64,000 nucleotides of DNA from Opitutaceae bacterium (GCA_016794665.1 JAEUHB010000102.1:454-64453), one strand, 5' to 3'. Numbered from the stretch's first letter, positions 9,580-18,832 are shown. Numbers and translations: made by a program. The notes: generated by a model from the sequence alone, not told the origin.

Positions 9580-10968
9580 ATGACCGACTTACACGCCCCT
9601 TCCCCGCCTGCGCTTTCGCGGCGCCGCTACGCAATCGTGGGTGTGGGCTCGCGCCACCGGCTCTATCAAGACGCGATCGAGACGACCTATTCCGAACACG
9701 CTGAGCTGGTGGCGCTGGTCGACACCAATGCCGGGCGTATCGCGCTAGCGCAACGCGAGTCGGTGCGCCATGCCGCGCCTTCGCCTGTGGGCTACGCGGC
9801 GGCGGATTTCAGCCGCATGCTCACGGAGTGCCGGCCCAACACCGTGATCGTCACCACCCCCGATGCCACGCACCACGACTATGCAATCCGGGCGATGGAA
9901 GCCGGCTGCGACGTGATCATCGAAAAACCGATGGCGACGGACGCCGAGCAGTGCCGCCGGCTGCTTGACGTGCGCCGGCGCACAGGGCGGCGGTGTCGCG
10001 TGACCTTCAACTACCGCTACTCGCCGCCGCGATCGCAGGTGAAAGATCTCCTGTTGCAGGGTGCAATCGGCGATGTGCTATCCGTCGACTTCCACTGGCT
10101 GCTCAACACGCACCACGGCGCGGACTACTTCCGGCGCTGGCACTCGTCCAAGAGAAATTCCGGCGGACTTTTCGTCCACAAGGCCACGCACCATTTCGAC
10201 CTGGTGAACTGGTGGCTCGGTGCGCAGCCCGTCGCCGTGCAGGCGTCCGGCAAACGCGAATTCTACACGCCAGCGACGGCGCGCCGCCTCGGCCTCTCCG
10301 GGCCCCACGAGCGCTGCGGCACCTGTCCGGAGGCTGCGCGCTGCGACTTCCGCCTCGATCTGCAGGCCGACGCGGCCTTGCGGGAACTTTATCTCGAGCA
10401 GGAGCGCCACGACGGCTACGTGCGTGATCGCTGTGTGTTTCGCGCCGACATCGATATTGAGGACACGATGAATGCCCTCGTGACCTACGACACCGGCGCG
10501 ACGCTCAGCTATTCGCTCAACGCCTTCAACGCGTGGGAAGGCTACACGGTGGCGTTCAACGGCACGTCGGGGCGCATCGAACACACGCTCGTCGAGAGCA
10601 CCTACGTCGGCGGCGTAGAGACGGCGCCGCTCCCGGGCGGGCAGGCTCGGGCTCTCACGCGCGTCATCCCGCTCCGTGGGGCGGCGCGGGAGATCGAACC
10701 GTGGACCGCGCCGGGATCGCACGGTGGCGGCGACCGCCTCATGCTCGAGGATTTGTTGGCCGACACGCCTCCGGCCGATCCGCTGGGCCGGGCGGCCGAT
10801 GAGCGCGCCGGGGCGTGTTCGATTCTCGTGGGTATCGCCGCCAATCGGAGCCTCGCCACCGGTGCACGCGTGGCCCTCGCGGATTTGATCGGGCCGTTGC
10901 CGGCGGCCGAGTCCCGTCCGCGGCCGGTGCGCCGTGAGGGGGCGGTGGCGCAGTTTGCCGGACGTTGA
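9580..10968 (+). CDS. Gfo/Idh/MocA-family NAD(P)-dependent oxidoreductase
   Basis: Trimmed to Met 9580, because the listed ORF start at 9385 overlaps the upstream gene and its terminator. Rossmann start YAIVGVGSRH, then VIVTTPDATHHDYAIRAMEAGCDVIIEKPMA and the C-terminal oxidoreductase fold region HKATHHFDLVNWW. Confidence 0.8.
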   Translation: MTDLHAPSPPALSRRRYAIVGVGSRHRLYQDAIETTYSEHAELVALVDTNAGRIALAQRESVRHAAPSPVGYAAADFSRMLTECRPNTVIVTTPDATHHDYAIRAMEAGCDVIIEKPMATDAEQCRRLLDVRRRTGRRCRVTFNYRYSPPRSQVKDLLLQGAIGDVLSVDFHWLLNTHHGADYFRRWHSSKRNSGGLFVHKATHHFDLVNWWLGAQPVAVQASGKREFYTPATARRLGLSGPHERCGTCPEAARCDFRLDLQADAALRELYLEQERHDGYVRDRCVFRADIDIEDTMNALVTYDTGATLSYSLNAFNAWEGYTVAFNGTSGRIEHTLVESTYVGGVETAPLPGGQARALTRVIPLRGAAREIEPWTAPGSHGGGDRLMLEDLLADTPPADPLGRAADERAGACSILVGIAANRSLATGARVALADLIGPLPAAESRPRPVRREGAVAQFAGR

Positions 10969-11014
10969 GGCGAATTACGGGAAACGCGCGGCGCTCCGAT
11001 GCGTCCATCTCAAG

Positions 11015-11413
11015 ATGCACCCTTTCTACCGAACCTTTGTTGCTGGCATCATCCTTTTGGGAGTTGTTCCAAGTGCTCGCGCGACTGACCCTTCGGGCAT
11101 CTGGTCGTGGACTCAGGTCGTCCGTGGAGTCACGCGGGAATCTAAGCTCACACTCATCCTCAAAGGCAAGCGCGTGGTCGGCAGCCTGACCTCACCAGGG
11201 CCGCGCGGCGAACACACGGTGGCCGAGGTCCTGAACGGCGTGATGGAGTTCGACGTAGTTAGTTTTAGCACGGAGCGCGACATCAACGGGCACAAGTATA
11301 TCACTAAGTATCGTGGAAAGGTGCTCGGAACGTTGATCTCAGGCACCGTCGAGTCGACGGGGAGCACTGGCCTTTTGGTGGCACGAGAATGGACGGCGCG
11401 TCGTTTGCTGTGA
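11015..11413 (+). CDS. small exported 'GTWKW'-type protein, copy 2
   Basis: Trimmed to Met 11015, giving signal peptide MHPFYRTFVAGIILLGVVPSARA. DPSGIWSWTQ...LTLILKGKRVVGSLTS...VLNGVMEFDVVSFSTERDINGHKYITKYRGKVLGTLISGTVE is collinear with copy 1. Confidence 0.7.
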   Translation: MHPFYRTFVAGIILLGVVPSARATDPSGIWSWTQVVRGVTRESKLTLILKGKRVVGSLTSPGPRGEHTVAEVLNGVMEFDVVSFSTERDINGHKYITKYRGKVLGTLISGTVESTGSTGLLVAREWTARRLL

Positions 11414-11456
11414 GCGATGCAATTAGAACTTGCGACTGCACGCAGCGCTTTTGGCA

Positions 11457-12203
11457 TTACTTTAGGAGTGCTGTCAGCCTTGCCTTGATCGCGTCGGCCC
11501 AGATCTCGTAGCCGAGTTCGCCGGGGTGGAGGAAGTCGGGCATGAATTCCTTTGGCATCACGCCGTCCGCGCGCAGGAAGCGGGCGCCGATGTCGAGATA
11601 GTGCACCGTCCGGCGATCGCCCAGCTTGGCGATCGCGGCGTTGATTTCGGTGATTTGCGCCCGCTGTGGGTGGTCGGGCTTTTCCCCGCGGGGGAAGATG
11701 CCCAGCAGCAGGATCTTCGCCTGTGGCTGCGCGGTGCGGAGCTTCTTCACGATGGCGGTCACACCCTCGACGACCTCGGCCGGCGTGTTGCGCACGGTCT
11801 TCCCATCGCGCTCGAAGCCGGTGTTGTTCGTCCCGATCATGAGGACTACGGCCTTGGGAGCGATGCCCTCGAGCTCGCCGTTCTCCAGCCGCCACAGGAC
11901 GTGCTGCGTGCGGTCGCCGCTGATGCCAAAGTTCGCCGCCTTGAGCGGCGCGAAGTGTTGGTCCCAGATCTTCTTGCCGCCGGATCGCTTGTCGTCGCGG
12001 CGCCAGAAATCCGTGATGGAATCGCCGAGGAAGAGCACGTCGACGCCACCCTGTTTCGCGATCGCGACGAACTCTTCATGGCGCTTCACCCACGCGGCGT
12101 CGCGTGGACGCGGTTCGATCGCCGACTCCGCCTGCGCCGGGGTGGCGGCGACATACAGAATCGCGGGCACAAGCAGCAGAAGGCGGAGCGGGCGGGAGTG
12201 CAT
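11457..12203 (-). CDS. SGNH/GDSL-family hydrolase, exported
   Basis: Signal peptide MHSRPLRLLLLVPAILYVAATPAQA. SGNH block I VLFLGDSITDFW, block II FGISGD and block III LMIGTNN. It lies 24 nt downstream of the ABC transporter binding-protein gene. Confidence 0.8.
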   Translation of the reverse strand: MHSRPLRLLLLVPAILYVAATPAQAESAIEPRPRDAAWVKRHEEFVAIAKQGGVDVLFLGDSITDFWRRDDKRSGGKKIWDQHFAPLKAANFGISGDRTQHVLWRLENGELEGIAPKAVVLMIGTNNTGFERDGKTVRNTPAEVVEGVTAIVKKLRTAQPQAKILLLGIFPRGEKPDHPQRAQITEINAAIAKLGDRRTVHYLDIGARFLRADGVMPKEFMPDFLHPGELGYEIWADAIKARLTALLK

Positions 12204-12227
12204 GGGGCGGGGTAGGCCGCGCGGGCC

Positions 12228-13217
12228 TCAGAAGTTAAACTGATCGATGTTACCCTTGTTGAAGGCGAAGGGCTTTCCAAGGAGGATGTTGTCACCTTGC
12301 ACTGCGAACGAGCCGAGCGAACCGGCCTTGAACGATTTCGCACCGGGCTTCAGGTCGCCCTTGGCGAGCGCGACGCCGGCGTGAATCGTGAGGTAGCCGA
12401 GGTCGCCGGTGTTCCAGAGGATCACGGTGTCCGTCACGCCTTCGTGGACGTAGCGCCTGTTTTCGTTGGGCAGGCCAAGGCCGATGACCTTCACCTTGCC
12501 CGTCTTGCCTGCCTGCTTGACGGCTTCGGCGGCGCCGGGCACGCCGGGCGAGCAGATGGCCATGATGAGTTTCAGGTTGGGGTTGGCGCTCATCATCGCG
12601 GTGGCTTCGGACTGCGCCTTGTCCTTGAGGTCGTCGCAAGGGCGGACAGCGACGAGTTTCATTTTCGGATATTTTTCCTTCAGACGCGCCTCGATGTGCT
12701 TCTGCCACTCGCGTTGGTTGGCGGCGGTGAGCGTGGCGACGATCATGGCGAAGTCGCCCTCGCCGTTCAGCAGGCGCGCGGCGTCGTCCATGAGCGCGTG
12801 GCCGATGCCTTCGGGGGTGGCTTGGTTGACGAAAAACGAGCGGGCGTCGGGCATCGCGTCGGCGTCGTAGGTCACGACCTTGATGCCGGCGCGCTGGGCC
12901 TTGCGCAGTGCGGTGGAGATACCCTCTTTGTTTTCGGCGGCGACCGCGATCACGTCGACCCCGAGGGTGATCCAGTTTTCGACGATTTCGTTCTGCTTGG
13001 CGGCGTTGGAGTCGGTCGGGCCGTCGAAGAGCAGCTCGACACCGAGTTCCTTGGCGGCCTTCTCCGCGCCGGCCTTGCAGGATATGAAGTAGGCGTTGCC
13101 CTTCGACTTGGGCAGGAACGCGACGACGAGCTTGGACGACGCGGCGGCGGCAAACGCGCCGCTGGCGACGGAGAGGGTCAGTGCGGCGGCAAGGAAGGTG
13201 CGGAGCAGGGATTTCAT
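12228..13217 (-). CDS. CUT2 sugar ABC transporter periplasmic binding protein (RhaS/LsrB-like)
   Basis: Trimmed to Met 13217, because the listed 620-aa ORF reads through the upstream permease. Signal peptide MKSLLRTFLAAALTLSVASGAFAAA. Also FLPKSKGNAYF...KELGVELLFDGPT...AAKQNEIVENWITLGVDVIAVAA...VVTYDAD...FFVNQAT. The ATGA overlap with the permease stop is at 13214-13217. Confidence 0.8.
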   Translation of the reverse strand: MKSLLRTFLAAALTLSVASGAFAAAASSKLVVAFLPKSKGNAYFISCKAGAEKAAKELGVELLFDGPTDSNAAKQNEIVENWITLGVDVIAVAAENKEGISTALRKAQRAGIKVVTYDADAMPDARSFFVNQATPEGIGHALMDDAARLLNGEGDFAMIVATLTAANQREWQKHIEARLKEKYPKMKLVAVRPCDDLKDKAQSEATAMMSANPNLKLIMAICSPGVPGAAEAVKQAGKTGKVKVIGLGLPNENRRYVHEGVTDTVILWNTGDLGYLTIHAGVALAKGDLKPGAKSFKAGSLGSFAVQGDNILLGKPFAFNKGNIDQFNF

Positions 13218-14278
13218 GAGGTGGGAAGAGTTTTGGGGACGGCGGCGTGACGCGCCCGCCGTTGCGACCACAGTCTTGGCAAAACGCCCGCCGTCAACGC
13301 GAGCAGCAACAGGGCGCCGGTCAGCACGCCGGACATCTCCTCGGCGGCATTCATGCGCATCACGACGGGCAGCGAGGCGAGGCCGCTCTTCAACACCGCG
13401 ATGGCGGCGACGCCCAGCAACGTGCCGGTCACGCTGCCCCGGCCGCCAAAGATGCTCGTGCCCCCCAGCACGACGGCGGTGATCGCGAAGAGTTCGTAGC
13501 CCGTGCCGGCGTCCGCCTTGGCTTGGCCGAGGCGCGCCGTGTAGATGATGGCCGCAAGGGCCGCGATCAGGCCGGCCAGGATGTAGGCGAGCGCGATGTG
13601 CCGATCCACCGGCAGGCCCGCGTAGCGCGCTCCCTCCGGGGAAAATCCAATCGCACGAAAGGACCGGCCAAACGTCATCCGATGCACGAGCACCCAGACG
13701 CCGATTGCGACGGCGAAGAACAGCCACGCTTGCGCCGGCAGGCCGAGCCAGCGCTCCTGTCCGATGAAGAGGAAGCCTTCGGGGAAATTCGTGTAGGTCA
13801 CCGACCCCCGGGTGATCGCCTCGGCGAGCCCGCGAAAAAGCGAATAGGTTCCGAGCGTCACAATGAGGGGCGGCAACCGCAGCGCGGTGATGAGCGCGGC
13901 GTTCAGCGCCCCCCCAAGCGCGCCGCACCCGAGCGCCAACGTCGCCGCGATCGGAATCGGCAGCCCGCCGTCGTGCCAGAATTTGCCGAACAGAATTGCG
14001 CACAGCCCGAGCAGCGAGCCCACCGAAAGATCGATGCCCGCCGTGATGATGACCGGCGTGAGCGCCAGGGCGAGCAGTCCGATTTCGCACGAGTGACGCA
14101 GGATGTCGAACTGGCGGTCAAGGGTGCCGAAGCCCACGGTGACCCCGCGGCGGTTCACCGTCGTGCCCGCAAAATAGAAGAACAGCCATTCCGCGATCAG
14201 CACGTAGAGCAGCAGCATCTCGTGGCTGAGCAGAATCGCTCTCCAGCGAGGGGATGAAGCCGGGGCCGCGTGGCTCAT
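13214..14278 (-). CDS. sugar ABC transporter permease (second of two)
   Basis: Trimmed to Met 14278 (MSHAAPASSPRWRAILLSHEMLLLYVL...). Polytopic hydrophobic protein. ATGA overlaps at both ends (14275-14278 and 13214-13217). Confidence 0.85.
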   Translation of the reverse strand: MSHAAPASSPRWRAILLSHEMLLLYVLIAEWLFFYFAGTTVNRRGVTVGFGTLDRQFDILRHSCEIGLLALALTPVIITAGIDLSVGSLLGLCAILFGKFWHDGGLPIPIAATLALGCGALGGALNAALITALRLPPLIVTLGTYSLFRGLAEAITRGSVTYTNFPEGFLFIGQERWLGLPAQAWLFFAVAIGVWVLVHRMTFGRSFRAIGFSPEGARYAGLPVDRHIALAYILAGLIAALAAIIYTARLGQAKADAGTGYELFAITAVVLGGTSIFGGRGSVTGTLLGVAAIAVLKSGLASLPVVMRMNAAEEMSGVLTGALLLLALTAGVLPRLWSQRRARHAAVPKTLPTS

Positions 14279-15201
14279 GCCTGCCTCCTCTCGCGCAACC
14301 CATCCGCCACGACCGCGAGCAGGATGATCGCGCCTTGGATGGCCTTTTCCCAGTAAGCCTCGATGCGTAGGTGCGTGAGCGCCGGCGCCACGCATGCGAG
14401 CAGCAGCAATCCGGCAAACGCCCCCCAGAGATTTCCCCGCCCCCCCGAGATCGCGACGCCGCCCACGACCACCGCCGCAATCACCTTCAATTCCAGCCCC
14501 ATGCCCGAGAGCGGCTGCACCTGCGGCGACTGCACGATGTTCATCATCGCGGCGAGCCCGGTCAGCGCGCCGATGAACACGAAAACGCCGAATGTCACGA
14601 GTTGCGGCCGGATCCCCGCGAGCCGCGCCGCTTCCGCATCGGTGCCGACGGCGTAGACGAAGCGCCCCGCCGCGAGGTGCCGCAAGCCGAGCCCCAGCGC
14701 CGCGAGCAGCGCCAGGGCGCAGATAACGAGCACCCATTGCCCGGTGGCCTGTGGCAGGCCGAACCATTGCACGGTGTCCGGCATGTTCACGAACTCGCCC
14801 TGCCGCACCAGGTTCAACCCTTGGCGCAGCGCGACCATTGTCGCGAGCGTCACGACGATTGACGGCAACCGAAGGCCGGCGACAAGCGCGCCGTTCAGCG
14901 CGCCGAGCGCCGCGCCGAGCCCCGCGGCGATTGGCAGCACGAGCAAGAGCGGCCAGCCGCGGGCCGCGAGTATCCCGGTGCACACGCTCACCACGGAAAA
15001 CATCGACCCCACCGAGATATCGATCTGCCGGCAGATGATCACGAGGGCCATGCCGCAGGCGACGACGAGCGTCGGTGCCTCGCGCGTCGCGAGCGATAGC
15101 AGCGGCTGCGGCTGAAAAAAGGCCGGCGCAAACACCGCCATCGCGATCAGCGCGACAGCGAGCGCGCCGACGACGGACAACTCGCGGAAATAACGGCTCA
15201 T
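14275..15201 (-). CDS. sugar ABC transporter permease (first of two)
   Basis: 308-aa polytopic membrane protein (MSRYFRELSVVGALAVALIAMAVF...), paralogous to the downstream permease. Its start overlaps the ATPase stop (ATGA at 15198-15201). Confidence 0.85.
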   Translation of the reverse strand: MSRYFRELSVVGALAVALIAMAVFAPAFFQPQPLLSLATREAPTLVVACGMALVIICRQIDISVGSMFSVVSVCTGILAARGWPLLLVLPIAAGLGAALGALNGALVAGLRLPSIVVTLATMVALRQGLNLVRQGEFVNMPDTVQWFGLPQATGQWVLVICALALLAALGLGLRHLAAGRFVYAVGTDAEAARLAGIRPQLVTFGVFVFIGALTGLAAMMNIVQSPQVQPLSGMGLELKVIAAVVVGGVAISGGRGNLWGAFAGLLLLACVAPALTHLRIEAYWEKAIQGAIILLAVVADGLRERRQA

Positions 15202-16703
15202 GCCGCGCCCCTCTCCGTTGTGCCCAATGCCGCTGCCATGACGGCGTGCGCGTCGGCCCCGCCGGGGAGGACCGCGGTGAGCGCCCCGCCGCGCATCACG
15301 CCGATGCGGTCACTCATGCCAATGACCTCGGGCAGATCGCTCGAAATGAGCAGGACCGCGAGGCCCTCCTTCGCGAGTCGACGCACGATTTTGTGGATCT
15401 CGCTCTTGGCGCCGACGTCCACCCCTTGGGTCGGTTCGTCGAGGATGAGGACCTTGGGCTTTGTCGCGAGCCAGCGGGCGAGGGAGACTTTCTGCTGGTT
15501 GCCACCGGACAGGCTGCCGCCCGGCGCAAATGGACCGCTGCACTTCACCGCGAGGTCGCGGATGTAGTCCAGGGTGAGCGATCGCTCGGCGCCGAAACGC
15601 AGCCACGCGCCGCGAAATAGCTGCCCGTGCACCGCCATCGTCATGTTGTGCGCGATGGGCATTTCCAGCACCACGCCGTGGCGCCGCCGATCCTCCGGCA
15701 CGTAGGCGATGCCTTGGGCGACTGCCTCCCCGGGCGAACGCAGCGTTACGCGCTGGCCGTTGAGGGAAATTTCGCCTGAGTCCGCCGGCGTGAGGCCGAA
15801 AAGCACGCGCGCCAGCTCGGTGCGGCCGGCGCCGACGAGCCCCGCCAACCCGACCACTTCGCCGGCGCGCACGTCGAGTGTCACGCCACGCACGCCTGAC
15901 GCGGCGCAGCCGACGTCGCGCAGCGCAAGCACGACCTCGCCCGGTGCCGATTCGCTTGGCGGATAGATTTGCGCGACCTCTCGGCCAACCATCATGCGGA
16001 TCAGGCCGGCCTCGTTCATCGAGGAGACGGGATGTGTGCCGACGCTCTCGCCGTCACGGAGGACGGTGACCCGGTCGGCGAGGGCGAAGATCTCCTCGAG
16101 CCGGTGCGAGATGTAGATGACGCCGACGCCGCTTTTGCGCAGCTCACGCACGACGGTGAACAGCAGGTGCTGCTCCTTGTGCGTGAGGGAGGCGGTCGGT
16201 TCATCCATAATCACGATGCGAGCGCCCGAGCCGAGCGCGCACGCAATCTCCACGAGTTGCTGCTCGGGCATCGAGAGGGAGCGCACCTCGGTCGCCGGGT
16301 CGATTTCCGCGCCGATGCGCTGGAGCAAGTCGCGCGCGCATCCGTGCCGCGCGCGCCAGCCGACGGTGCGCAATACGCCGCCGCGCTCAAGGCGCAGGGC
16401 GATGTTCTCCGCCACGCTGAGATCGGGAAACAGAGCGGGCTGCTGGTAGACGCAGGCGATGCCCAGTGCTTGCGCCGCCGCGGGCGTGAGATCTTCGGCG
16501 AGCTCACCTCCCACCATGATCGTCCCGCCGTCCGGCTGGTGCGCGCCCGTCACAATTTTGATCAAGGTGCTCTTGCCGGCGCCGTTTTCGCCGAGCAGCG
16601 CATGCACTTCGCCGGCCTTGAGGTCGAAATCCACCCCGCGGAGCGCGCGGGCGCCGCCAAAGGACTTGGTAAGTCGGCGGAGCTCGAGTAGGGGCGGCGT
16701 CAT
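15198..16703 (-). CDS. sugar ABC transporter ATP-binding protein (duplicated ATPase cassette)
   Basis: Trimmed to Met 16703 (MTPPLLELRRLTKSFGG...). Walker A GENGAGKSTL, Walker B IVIMDEPT, a second cassette with LSGGNQQKV and VLILDEPTQGVD. The 501-aa size is typical of CUT2 ATPases. Confidence 0.9.
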   Translation of the reverse strand: MTPPLLELRRLTKSFGGARALRGVDFDLKAGEVHALLGENGAGKSTLIKIVTGAHQPDGGTIMVGGELAEDLTPAAAQALGIACVYQQPALFPDLSVAENIALRLERGGVLRTVGWRARHGCARDLLQRIGAEIDPATEVRSLSMPEQQLVEIACALGSGARIVIMDEPTASLTHKEQHLLFTVVRELRKSGVGVIYISHRLEEIFALADRVTVLRDGESVGTHPVSSMNEAGLIRMMVGREVAQIYPPSESAPGEVVLALRDVGCAASGVRGVTLDVRAGEVVGLAGLVGAGRTELARVLFGLTPADSGEISLNGQRVTLRSPGEAVAQGIAYVPEDRRRHGVVLEMPIAHNMTMAVHGQLFRGAWLRFGAERSLTLDYIRDLAVKCSGPFAPGGSLSGGNQQKVSLARWLATKPKVLILDEPTQGVDVGAKSEIHKIVRRLAKEGLAVLLISSDLPEVIGMSDRIGVMRGGALTAVLPGGADAHAVMAAALGTTERGAA

Positions 16704-16809
16704 CGCGGGAGTCGAGCTACATGGTCGCGCCTGCTGGGTGGTGCCAGCGGAAAACGCCCTGCCAAGGACTGTCAGGCAAAGTGCGGGCGCGCCACCGGCG
16801 CTTCGGCGT

Positions 16810-16847
16810 AAAAAAACGCGCGGGGCGGCTTGCGGCCCCGCGCGTTT
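16810..16847 (-). terminator. Rho-independent terminator downstream of the OmpW-like gene
   Basis: Stem aaacgcgcggggc (16814-16826) / gccccgcgcgttt (16835-16847). The minus-strand transcript ends in 7 U (A-run 16810-16816). It lies 26 nt after the OmpW-like stop. Confidence 0.8.
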
Positions 16848-16872
16848 CGCGTGTGGAAGGCGGTCGGGCTGA

Positions 16873-17511
16873 TCAGAAGCGCCACCCGAGACCCACCGAG
16901 AAGAGCCAGGGGTCGAGCTTTGCGGTCGTGAGCTTGGCGCCACCTTGCACCGAGACATCGGAGCGCAGGAAGGCGCGCTTCACATCGAGGTTGAGCGAGG
17001 TCCCGTTGCCCAGATCGATGTTGCACCCGGCTTGGGCGGCTGCGCCGACGCTGAAATTCTCCAGATCCAGTGGCACGTTGGCGACCTTCAGGTTGGCGTC
17101 GTAGATCAGGGTGAAGTTCAGCCCGGCGCCGATGTAGGGTTGGAAGCCCGAGGTGGCCGCGAAATGATACTGGCCGAGCAGAGTCGGCGGCAGGTGCTTG
17201 AACTTCCCGAGCTTGCCGACCCCGGCGAGCGTGACCTCCTGCGACTGCGGGATCGTGAGGACGAGTTCCGCGGTTAAGTTGTCCGTGAAGCGATAGGAGA
17301 AATCGAATTCCGGGATCCACTTGCTGTTCACCGCGACGGAGTCTTTTGCGAAATTCAGGCCGAGGGCGCTGAAGGCGTCGGACTTGTCCGCCATGTCCAG
17401 ATAGGTCGCGCGCAACCGCGCGGTCCAAGGCCCGGCGGCCGCGGCCGGCGGGGCGAAGCTCGAGACGACAAGGGCGGCAATCGCCGCGTATTGGAGGGAG
17501 GTTCTTTTCAT
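16873..17511 (-). CDS. ompW: OmpW-family outer-membrane beta-barrel protein
   Basis: Trimmed to Met 17511, giving signal peptide MKRTSLQYAAIAALVVSSFAPPAAAA. Alternating beta-strand pattern, YIGAGLNFT and C-terminal WLFSVGLGWRF, typical of OmpW/AlkL. Confidence 0.8.
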   Translation of the reverse strand: MKRTSLQYAAIAALVVSSFAPPAAAAGPWTARLRATYLDMADKSDAFSALGLNFAKDSVAVNSKWIPEFDFSYRFTDNLTAELVLTIPQSQEVTLAGVGKLGKFKHLPPTLLGQYHFAATSGFQPYIGAGLNFTLIYDANLKVANVPLDLENFSVGAAAQAGCNIDLGNGTSLNLDVKRAFLRSDVSVQGGAKLTTAKLDPWLFSVGLGWRF

Positions 17512-17655
17512 GGCGGTTCTGGTTTGGATGGCCGCCGGGCCGTAGGCCGCGGGACCTGCCGCCAGCATAGCCGTCCCCGCGGGGACTGGCTGCGCACGGA
17601 TTGAAAAAGGCGCTGCATCCTTTGCCTGGCCGGCAGCCTCCTCCCTGGCCGCGGC

Positions 17656-18126
17656 TCAGGCTTCCGCGGCCCGTAGCGGCGCCAAGTCCGGATCGGTGCC
17701 CGCGAGATCGCGGAAGGCCTGGTCGAGTGCGATGGCGCGGTCGATCCGGCTTCGCGCTGCGGCAAGATCGCCGCGCATGCAGGCGTAGCAGCCGAGGTTG
17801 AATTGGATCGTGGGCTCGGCGGGGTGGAGGACTTCGGCTTGAAGGAGGATTTTCTCGGCGGCGGGCAGCGACTGCGCCCGGCGGGTGGCGTAGGCCCACG
17901 TCACCCACGCCGCGGCCTCGTTCGGGGCGCGGCGCGCGTATTCGCCGGCGGCGACGCTTAGTGCCGGCCACTTGCCTTGCTCCTGCAGGACGGCGACGCG
18001 CAGCGCCAGAACTTCGAGCGAATCGCATTCCGGGGTGGGCACGCGCGCCAATTCGGCCGAGGCCTCCGCCAGCATGCCGAGCCCAAGGTAGCCGCGTGCG
18101 TGGGCGATGCGGCGTTGCGGGAGCAT
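17656..18126 (-). CDS. TPR-like repeat protein
   Basis: 156-aa all-helical-looking protein with repeated A/L/Y-rich ~34-aa units (e.g. AAAWVTWAYATRRAQSLPAAEKILLQAEVLHP, TIQFNLGCYACMRGDLAAARSRIDRAIALD). No specific family recognised. Confidence 0.55.
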   Translation of the reverse strand: MLPQRRIAHARGYLGLGMLAEASAELARVPTPECDSLEVLALRVAVLQEQGKWPALSVAAGEYARRAPNEAAAWVTWAYATRRAQSLPAAEKILLQAEVLHPAEPTIQFNLGCYACMRGDLAAARSRIDRAIALDQAFRDLAGTDPDLAPLRAAEA

Positions 18127-18169
18127 GGCGGCAGGAAAGCGGGCGCGGCCGCCCGGTCAACCTGCGGGG

Positions 18170-18832
18170 TTAGCCGGGCGGAGGGCCGCCGAAGTGGGCC
18201 TTGAACGACGCATAGGCCGCCGTGTCGGCGAGCATCGCATCAATCGTCGCGGCGAGCGGCTCAAGTCGGACGAGACCGGAGAACACGGCTTTGTCGCTGA
18301 TCGCGTCCTCGATCACGAAGGCCGGGCGCTGTTTGATCTGGTGCGCGAAAAATTCCTGCGTGCTCGCCTCGATGCGCGCGGCGACCGCGGGCGACTCGGC
18401 GGCGGCGCGGAGCGTCACGGCGTCGAGTTTTCCTTCGCTGGCCTGCACCGCGACCGCGATGGCCTCGGCCAGCTGGCCGACCTTGCGCCCCTCGCGATCG
18501 GCGGCGTGGGAGAGGGCGAGGCGGATTTCGTCGCCCGCGAAACCGAAATCCTTGGCGGCCTCCGCGACGAAGCTCGCGGCTGGATATCCGCTCGAGGGAA
18601 ATGGCTCATACCAACCCGCATTGAGCATGAAGGGCGCGCGCATGACGGTGCCGCTGCGGCGGTAGAACCAATCGCATTGGGCGCGTGAGACCGGCCAATC
18701 GGCGGCGGTCATTTTGGCGATTTTCCACTCAAACGTGGCGCGGCCGGCGTAGCGTCGCTTCAGCTCGGCCCACGCGGGCTCGCCCCAGTAGCACCACGAT
18801 GAAATGACCTCGAGGTAGTAGGTGACTTTCAT
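18170..18832 (-). CDS. DsbA-like thioredoxin-fold protein (FrnE/HCCA-isomerase-like)
   Basis: N-terminal beta-alpha start MKVTYYLEVISSWCYWGEPAW sits in the position of the DsbA-family active-site motif (here S-W-C-Y, a single Cys). The 220-aa size is consistent. The family call is by pattern only. Confidence 0.55.
   Translation of the reverse strand: MKVTYYLEVISSWCYWGEPAWAELKRRYAGRATFEWKIAKMTAADWPVSRAQCDWFYRRSGTVMRAPFMLNAGWYEPFPSSGYPAASFVAEAAKDFGFAGDEIRLALSHAADREGRKVGQLAEAIAVAVQASEGKLDAVTLRAAAESPAVAARIEASTQEFFAHQIKQRPAFVIEDAISDKAVFSGLVRLEPLAATIDAMLADTAAYASFKAHFGGPPPG

Noticed and set aside
12228-14090. Very long N-terminal extensions of listed ORFs. Examples are 12228..14090, 13214..14983, 15198..16958, 24412..26283, 26117..28045, 32423..34363, 41776..43686, 42714..44264, 57521..58768 and 61385..62833.
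   Set aside because: The extensions run through the upstream gene in another frame and are low-complexity Arg/Pro-rich. An internal Met followed by a signal peptide, or the conserved N-terminus of the family, gives a sensible start. That start often coincides with an ATGA overlap to the upstream stop.
17569-17591. A palindromic hairpin, agccgtccccgcggggactggct, between the TPR gene and the OmpW-like gene, considered as a terminator.
   Set aside because: The stem is short and imperfect (one bulge), with no U-tract on either strand. It sits where the OmpW promoter is expected, so the evidence is insufficient.
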